A stretch of DNA of 64,000 nt. Source: Geosiphon pyriformis uo1 (Eukaryota > Fungi > Glomeromycota). Below are positions 55,760-64,000 of the stretch, piece by piece. Under the pieces are notes generated by a model. That model searched no databases and had not been told where the DNA came from. It saw nothing but the letters and a program-made list of their open reading frames with translations. The position numbers were made by a program, and so were the translations under genes. The stretch lies in contig JAAOMT010000352.1 of assembly GCA_016748015.1 (NCBI GenBank), positions 620,001-684,000 on the forward strand, given 5' to 3'. Positions within the stretch are counted from its first letter, which is position 1. The number at the start of each line of letters is the position of its first letter.

Positions 55760-58700
55760 CACAAAGTGTGTCCTCTGATCGGATAAAAGTTCAATTGAAC
55801 ATCTGTGTCTACAAATGATGTCTTTATAGATGAAATTTGCTACTGATTTCATATCTGCTCGTTGAATAGCTCTGGCTTTGGGCCATTTAGTAAGATAGTC
55901 TACAGCTATTGCAATATAATGGTTTCCTTGAGTGGTGATAGATAGTGGTCTGACTAAATCAATACCAACTCAGTCAAAGAGTTGTCCAACTTTGATTGGA
56001 TTTAATGGTTTAGTAGGACGTGTTTCTCTTCTTCTTTGACAACTATCACAAGATTTGACATATTTGTGAATGTTTTTTCTCATTCGAGGCCAAAAGTAGT
56101 ATTCTAGTGTTCTTTGGGTGGTGTTGTCTTTTCCAAAGTGTGCTAATGAAGGATCTGAGTGCATGTTGTATAATATAGTCTCTTTTTTTTGTTCTTGTAT
56201 TAATCTGAGTGGTTTGTCTGGGTTTTTAAAATTTCAATGATAAATAATGTTGTTGTGTAGAAAATATTGTTTGGCTTGTTGTTGTAATCAGTGTTTTTCA
56301 TCTGAAAACCAATTTGTTGGGATTGTTAATGTTTCCAAATATTGTTTGAGATTGTTGTAGTTTTTTGAATTCATTGTTTGTTGGCTGTTTTGGTTGGTTA
56401 AGTTAAGTGTTGGTTTTTTTTTTTTTTCTAATCTTGTCTCATTCTGAAGAGACAGTTAACATTGGTGTGGAGTTTTTCTGGTTTGTAATGTACTATGTAT
56501 CGATAGTTTGCCAGAAATCCTGTTCATTGGATTTGTTTTGTGTTTAGCTGAGTATTTTTGTTCTGAAGCTATTTGAGTCCAATATTATCAGTAATAATAT
56601 CAAATTCCTTTGGCCAAAGATAAAGGTTGAAATGATGTAAGGCCCAAATTACAGCTGCTGTTTCCAATTCAGTGGCAGGATAATTTTTCTCAGCTGGTTT
56701 TAATGTTCTGCTAGCATAGGCAATTACTCGCTCATTTCCATTGTCATCCAATTGTGATAAGATAGCACCAAAGGCAGTATAAGAGGCATTTGTTGCTAAT
56801 CAGAATTGGTTGCTGAAATCTGAGTAGGTAAGAATTGGAGCTGTTATTAGTTTTTCTTTGAGAATTTCAAATGCATTTTGGCATTCAACAGTCCATTCAT
56901 ATTTGATGTTTTTGGTGGTAAGCTGGTTGAGAGGTTTTGCGATTTCTGAGAATCCTTTGATAAACTTCCGATAATAGGAGGCTAATCCTATGAATCCTCT
57001 TAGTTCTGTAGTATTTCAAGGAATTTTGAAGTTTTTGACAGCACTGATTTTCCCAGGGTCTGGTTTGATTCCATCTTTACTAACAATATGACCAAAGAAG
57101 GCCAAGCTTGTTTTTTCAAAGTAGCATTTTTCGATGTTGAGTTTTAGTTCTGTTTTTTGTAATTGTTGAAAAACTTCTCGCAGGTGTTTTAAGTGTAATT
57201 CAAATGATGGAGAATAAACATCAATATTGTCAAGATAAATGACTACTGACTTCCAAAGGAGTCCTTGATACACAACATTTATTAATCCCTAAAATGTTGC
57301 TGGTGCATTGCATAATCTGAAAAGCATTACATTGAACTCGTAATTTCCACTTTGGGTGGTGAATACTGTTTTGGATCGATCTTTGGGATCCATAGCAACT
57401 TGCCAGTAACCACTTTCTAAATCTAGTGTTGAAAAGTATTTGGATTTTCCAAGGGCATCTAACATATTATTAATTCGGAGAAAAGGGTAGGCATCTCCAA
57501 TTGTAACACTGTTGAGTTGTCGATAGTCAACACAAAATCGTATCTTTCCATTTTTCTTTTTAACTAGCACTACAGGTAAAGCCCAAGGACTCATGGAGGG
57601 TTGGATGAGCCCATTGTTAAGCATTTGTTGTACTTCTTCTCAGATGAATTGGTGGCTTTTTGGAGCAACTCAGTAGGCTTGTTGTCACCTTGGTTTGGCA
57701 TCTCCTGTGTAGATTTGATGTTGAACCAAATCGGTTCTTCCTAAGTCATTGTTGTTTTCAGCAAAGATATTAGCAAATTCTGCAATTAGCTCTTTGAGCT
57801 GGTTTTATTGTTGTGGTTCAAGTTGTTCTATGTTGATTCAAGATAGTTTTTCCATAACAACATGGTAGTTTTCAGAGCTGGGGTTTAGGTTGATTTTTGG
57901 TAGTAAATGTCCAATAATTTCAGAAAAATTGGGAACTGTTTGGGGTAATTCTTGTTGAAATATATTATTATGAATAACTCTAATTTCTAAATTATTTAAT
58001 AAAACTATGAGGTAATTGTTGGAATTGTAAAAAGTAACTTGGACTTTCTTTGTTCCTTCTGGAATATAAATGTTTGGGATCAAAATATTATGTTCCAAGC
58101 AGACTTGTTCATTGGACTCAAAAATTTGTTGTGTGGTTGTTGGCTTTGGGCAGGTGTAGATTTCCGGATGTTCTCCAAAGGGTAAGATGGTAATTGGTTG
58201 TGGAAGTCTGAAAATTTGGTGGAATTTGTTCTGTGTATTAAGAACTATATTAACTGGAACTGTAAATCGTCCAGTTGAACCAAAACCTTGGGTTCCTCTA
58301 TCACTTTTTCCTAATTGTTTTTTTTGATTGACTAGTTGCAAATCTGAAATGTTGATTAGGGGTAGGTAAATAGCTTGGGCAATTTTTTCAGCATGTTCAA
58401 TCTTGAATGGTTTTTCAGTTTTATTTTGAAGCATCACTATAATGTCTCCAGTATATCCAGCATTGATTATTCCTTCTCTGACATTGATTCCTTTGCTTGC
58501 CAGAGAGGACTGGGAGGCAATTTGAACCATTGCTCCTGGCAGGATTTTGAGTGCAATTTTGAGGTTGATTTTTGTGAGAGATTTGGGTTTAAGAACAAGA
58601 GTATCCTTGTTTGGATATCTTAGGTCATATTCAGCATCAATTTCGTGTGCTTTTTTGGGTTTTATTCCTTGTCCATTGTTGTTGAAGTATTTGAGTTGTA

Positions 58701-61700
58701 AGGCAGGCTGATTTTTGATAAGGTAGATAGGTGTTGTTTCAATTTTTTTCATTGCTTCAGGTTCTCCAAATTCAATTTTGTTCTCATCACTTTTGCTGGG
58801 CAAGGAGATGCTAAGAGTGTAGCATTCAGGACACTACTGTTTATCATAAGACATAATGCATTCTTCACATAGCCTAATGTTTATTTGCTCTAATCATTGA
58901 ATTTGAGCTTCTTGGGTTGAATAGGTGTGACTTGCAATTTGGTGGTAGACTTCTACTTTATTTTCGTAATTGAATCCAGCTAATTCCATGGTGTATTCAA
59001 TGTATTCTGCTTCCTTCATTTGACAGACATTTTCTTTGGTAGCTCCATTAATTAATGCCATTGCTAGGTTGAAAATTATCTCGGCATCATGGGGGTAGTG
59101 ATAAAGTTTGTTAAAAGCACTGTTGTATGCCACATTAAAGGGTGTTCCTCTTTTTACTTTTTCTGAAATTGATAAAGCATATTGGCAGATCTGATTGCAG
59201 ACTCCTCCTCTCATTGCTACATCAATCCAATTGCATTCTTCCAATAGCATATCTCTACAAGTTAAACAAGGAGTGTTGTCCCATTTTCCGCTTCTTTTTA
59301 TTAGATGGCCCCATCGTTCTCTATGGCAAGCCTTGCAGTAATAACAAGTATGATTTTCATATTCTTCTTCAGGTGAAATGCAGGCTCCCATTGATAAGAA
59401 TTTTTTGTGGCAATCTTTACATTTAAGTAGAATATAAGGGCATTGTTTTCATAGTTCTGGTTTTGAATAGAGAACATTCCATTCAGTTGTCACTGGTTCT
59501 TTTGTTTCAAGAGAATCATTCGTTGAAAAGTACTGTTGTTCAGTTTCATCAGCCCAATTGGAGGTTGATTCAAGTGCCATAAACGTTTCAATGATGGGTT
59601 TTTCCTCTTTTGGTTCAAATTCAAAAGCTGGGGCTTTCTCAAAGCGTTTGTTGAATGTACCACAAGTAGCAGGTACTCGGGTATGTTGTCCTTGATAAGA
59701 AAGTTGTAATTCTTGGGTTTTCCAGTCTAATTTTGCATTGGCTTTTTGGAGCCAATCATTTCTGACAAGGGCTTGATACTGGGGCGCGTCTATTACAAAA
59801 ACTTTGACTGGAATGGTAATTCTATCAAAAGTGAACGGAAAGTTGTCAATTTCTCCTACTGGAGTTTTTTTCATGCCATTGGTAATAACAATTATTGTTT
59901 GAGCTGGTCGGTTGACATTTCTCTTCAACTGTTGTATTAACTGGTAGATAATAATGCTTCTGGCGGATCCACTATTTAGGATCAAGTGAATTGTCTTTTC
60001 TTTGACTTCTGCTTTAGTGTACATAGCTGTGATTGCTTTTTGTTTGTTGGTGGCTACATTGTTAAGCAGGAATGGTGACTCATTTGCTTCGAACTCAAAA
60101 GAGAATATATCTGAAAGGTTGGCATTTTCAGCGATTCTGGCTGGTGGAATTGTGGTGGGAGTATAGGAAGGGTTTTGTTGTTGTGCTGTAGCTCTACCTT
60201 CTGAAGGTGCAGTATGGTGAAAATCCTGTTCTTCTGGCATTGTTAAATAATTGGGTTGAGTGTGATAGCAGTTGGGTCTTGGTTGAGTGGAATTTTGGGT
60301 AACCAATTGGTTGTTTGAACTGATTCTATTGTTGTTTACTTGGTATTGATTTTGTGGTGTGAATTGATTTTGTGTAATCAGTTTTTGAGCAGATACTTGA
60401 TAATGTTGTATGGGTGGTTGTTGGTATTGCTGTTGGATTGGCTGTAGGACAGACTGATAATAGTTATTTTGGTATTGGGGTCTTGGTGGATAGTAAGCTG
60501 GTGGTGGTGGTTGATAATAAGATTGCTGTGGTGGAGGGTAACATTGATTACTCCTATTTTGTTGGTCTCATTGTAGTTTTCTGCAATCTCTTTTCCAGTA
60601 GCCAGAGATTCCACAGTAATGGCAATTCTGAGGCTGGTTATTAGAAAGTGGTGCAAAGTTATTTTGATTTTGTCTTTGGGGTGGTTGATATCTTTGAGGT
60701 TGCTGTTGTTGTTAATTGGTGAAATAGTTTTCAACCTTCTTTGTGAGTTGGTCAATTTTTTTCTCAGCTGCTGAGCTGGTTTCTCCAATTGTCAAATTTA
60801 CAAGTTTTGTGCAATTGGCCTCTTCCATGGCCATTTCGTATCTTTTCACATGCTGTATAGCAGAGTTTAAATCTTCTGGCACATGTGAGCAAACCTTTTT
60901 AATTAGTTTATCTTTTAGACCAGCAATAAATTGATCCAAGATTTGAGCATCAGAATAATAATTGTTTGTTTCAAGTTGGTGAATTCATCTGAGAAGTTTG
61001 TTGAATTTCCTAATATAAGTTATAACAGATTCGGAGAATTCTTGTTTGATATTGCAAAACTGATTTCGAAGAGTAATGAAGGTATTATTGTTGGTGAACT
61101 GTTCAAAAAAGGCTGTTTTGAAAGCGTTCTAATCATTAAATGGAGCGACCAAGTTTTCAAACCATTCTCCTGCTGTTCTTTTGAGAAAGTAAGGAATTGT
61201 TCTTAACATTCTGGCAGCATTCTATCCATTTGCATCTCCCACTTTAGTAACTTGATCGAGCCATTCTTGGAGACTGGTCTCAATGTCTTCTCTATTAAAT
61301 TCAGGGATTTTTGCAATGTATGCTGTCATTTTGTCTTCTTTGTTTTCACTGTCTATTGATTCTTCTTCAGTTATTTCAGAGTTGTTTTCTTTGTTCACTG
61401 CTGTCTCAGAGTGTTCACTTTGATTTTCAGCTAGAAAATCAAGAAAATTGGAACTAGTTTAAAGAGATTCTTGCTGTCTGGTCGGACTTCTGAGTGATAT
61501 AAAATTTTCTGGTCTCGCAAATCGATTCAAGGGTGAATTAGGTGTTTGTGCTTGTGCAAGTGAAGCTAGAAAAGGTGTGATGGTGAGTGGGAGTTTTGAA
61601 CTGGTTCTTTGTTCAGGTGTTTGTAAGTGTTTGGCAGTTGTTTTTGGTAGTATTGAAGTATTTGAGGTGGTTTTTGAGTATTGCTTCAATTTGTGTTTGC

Positions 61701-62058
61701 CTTTGTTGCTTGTTTCTGTTTTCAATTCAAAATCAATAGAGTATTGAGACTGCACTAGATATGTTTCTTCACAGTACTTGATAATGTTAAAATTAAGTTC
61801 TTGAAAGTAAGTGGCAAGTGTTTCACTGTTAAGGTCTTCAGTTCCCAACTGTGAATAGTGTGCTAAATTATTGTAAAGGTTGTTTCTAACTTCTGAGATA
61901 TTGTAATTTCCAAAAAGATAATTGTTGATGCAGTTTTCAATGTATTGGTATACTGATTTCTTGACAACTTCAATTCCGTCTAGAATGTTGAATCTTTGCT
62001 TACAGTGGGTGTAAATTGACTGGTAGTACTCTAGAGTTGTTGCGTCTGGTGTGGTCAC
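55760..62058 (-). pseudogene. gag-pol: D gag-pol pseudogene; a single frame from 62058 to ~56430, broken only by point stops
   Basis: ORFs 61459..62058, 60712..60939, 59449..60306, 58894..59391, 57838..58803 (RGTQGFGSTG), 57289..57624, 57016..57273 and 56569..56751 all share one frame. Confidence 0.92.
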
Positions 62059-62106
62059 TACTTTGAATTTGTTTTTGCTGTGTTGTTTCTATGGGAGAGC
62101 ACTAAA

Positions 62107-63095
62107 TGTTACCAGAGGTTTTTGGTCTCTTTTCTTAAAGGTTGTTGATATCTGTTTGCTGTGAATTCACGTTTTCTGGATGTGGTTGAACCTCCAGTAA
62201 CTGAATTTATCTTCAAATTATCTCCTATAATTTGAACTGCTGGGCTTATAAGTGGAATGGCCAATTCCATGCCAGTTACTTTGTATAGTTACGTTGTAGT
62301 AAACGTCAACTTTTTCCCAGGAATTGTTCATCTGGAAGCTCACTAAAAATGTATAGTTACTTTGCTGTGAAAGTCAACTCTTCTACAGGAATTCTCGTCT
62401 GTAGGCTACCCAAAATAATTTATAATAAGAAAAGAAAGAAAATAAAAGAAATATAAAAGAAAAAGTAAAACTGATGATTTATGGAAGTCGTTTTGGATCC
62501 AGGCCTGGAAGTGCTTTAACAGTCTACTGAAATTGGTAGCTAATCAATTTCAAACTGTTAGTAGGAATTGGTTAATTTCAAGGGAAATAATTCAAGAATT
62601 TGGCTTTTCGAATTTATTTGATATTTATTTTGTTTTTGTGTATAAAGAATGATTCTAATTATTAAATCTGAAGTAAAATACATTTTCTCGAAAAGAGAAG
62701 CTTTTCTTTTATACAACTTGTCATAACACTATTCTATGAACTTGAACTTTGCTATTTTCTATAATTTCACTGAACTAAAGATACATTTTAGCAAACTACA
62801 AGTTATTTCTGTGAACTATTAGATATTTCGGCAAACTATCAATTATTTCAGCGAATTTCTTACAAATTTTGGCAAACTTTTTGAATGTTACATAGTTCGG
62901 AGTATTGCATGATTGATCATTGCAATTAGGTTACATTTGTGTTATGTACAAATTGGATTATTAATTAAATAATAATTTTGGATATTTTGCTAATATAATA
63001 AGTAATAATTTGAAACAATAATATATGCTAATTAATGATAAGATTTATAAGGGTAATTTCATGCTAAACAATATCTCTAATTTCGTCTGGTAACA
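62107..63095 (-). repeat. D 5' LTR (989 bp) with 68-bp tandem duplication 62283-62416 and ~20-bp array 62764-62880
   Basis: Inverted termini and adjacent PBS; no partner LTR in the window. Confidence 0.8.
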
Positions 63096-64000
63096 ACAGC
63101 AACAACAGAAAACAGAAGAAAAAACTTTGAATTAGCTATACAATTCACAACACACCAAAAACAACTGCCAAATACTTACAAATATTTAAATATAGAATCA
63201 GTGTTAAATTACCACTTTCTATTACACTATTTCCAATTTTATTTGTTTAACCACAAACTTTAAATTCATTATTTATTTATTTCTCAAGACCAGAAAATTT
63301 TTAGTCACCTAAAAATTTTACTTAATAGCAAAAACCAATATCAACCAGCACCAATCTTTTTAATCACTTACAGAAAAATAAAAATAATCATTCAGAAAAC
63401 TTGGAAAGTGAAAAAACTGAATTAGAACAAAAAAAAACCACTAAAAACAAAGAAAAAATAGCAATTGCTTATATTGCAAAGATTTCAGAATTCACTAATA
63501 AAGATAATAATACCAGTCTTCAAAAATGGCTTGACAAAGTCCAGAAAGCAGAAGATGCAAACAGATAAAATGCTGCAAGAATGCTTAAAGCTATTCTCTA
63601 TTTCCTTCAAGAAACAGTAAGCAAATAATTTGAAAACCTAGAAAAACCCTTTGAAAACTGGCAAGCATTCAAAGATGCTTTTTTACAATAGTTTACTAAC
63701 AACAACATTTCTATCACTTTCTGAAATTGCCTCTACAATATTAAACAAAAACATCCAAAACTGTCATGACTTATCATAGAAGATTCAACAAACTTTTTAG
63801 ACAAATTTGACAATTAGAAACCAATAATTATTACTCTAATGTTCAGATTTTGAATTAGTTTATTGCAAAATTAAAAAATAAACTAATTAAAAAAGTCTGT
63901 TCATATGCTCTAGCAAACTTAGCAACAGTCATTAGACATGCAAAAAACTATGAAATAGCAATAAAAGAAGCAAATTATACCAAACTTGTAAATCTTGCTA
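63096..64000 (+). pseudogene. gag: Older family D gag remnant (D0) into which D inserted in opposite orientation
   Basis: Homologous to reverse complement of ~60790-61700 (PKTTAK, AYIAKI, RMLKAI motifs); many stops and frameshifts. Confidence 0.85.

Larger units (their letters stand above)
55760..63095 (-). mobile_element. Family D element, 3'-truncated inside integrase; PBS 62089-62104; 5' LTR 62107-63095
   Basis: TGTTAC at 62107, GTAACA at 63090-63095, right flank ACAG; domain series on minus strand. Confidence 0.9.

Noticed and set aside
62471-62535. Hammerhead ribozyme (CTGATGA)
   Set aside because: Antisense to the element, with no properly placed GAAA or closing stems.

Overview
The whole 64 kb is a nested pile of long Ty3/Gypsy (Metaviridae) LTR retrotransposons; I see no host gene, RNA gene or CRISPR array. 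The AT-rich composition, protein style and heavy C-to-T decay suggest an early-diverging fungus (Glomeromycotina/Mucoromycota, e.g. Geosiphon-like), which is inference only. Ten copies in four families (my labels A-D) can be resolved: A0 (1-800,-), B0 (801-3805,+), A1 (3806-9884 and 19986-20078,-), A2 (9885-19985,+, complete, TSD GTGA), A3 (20079-29520,-), B1 (29521-46520,-, complete), C (36924-43743,+, youngest, gap-ridden, TSD CCAT), A4 (46525-55759,-), D (55760-63095,-) and D0 (63096-64000,+). Wherever the parts are visible they share TGTTAC...GTAACA termini, 4-bp TSDs, a TGGTGCTC... tRNA primer-binding site and an AAAGGAGG(A/G)GATAA-type PPT. The single gag-pol frame runs: N-terminal extension, Gag, CCHC knuckle, Q/N/P linker, protease, multi-CxxC zinc domain, dUTPase, degenerate dUTPase-like repeat, RT, RNase H, integrase with GPY/F and no chromodomain. 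An extra non-env ORF3 (~210-245 aa) lies between integrase and the PPT. The most interesting candidate system is that ORF3 has its own conserved TATA box, and its sequence type co-varies with a family-specific, CpG-containing tandem-repeat array in the adjacent LTR U3, suggesting a swappable trans-factor plus cis-target cassette (hypothesis). Other notable signals are a probable GUG start for Gag, a covarying TGATCA kissing-loop hairpin shared by two LTR families, PBS-sequestering complementary arms on both sides of the PBS, and YpR-centred target sites. Coordinates were read by eye; domain limits and identities are approximate.
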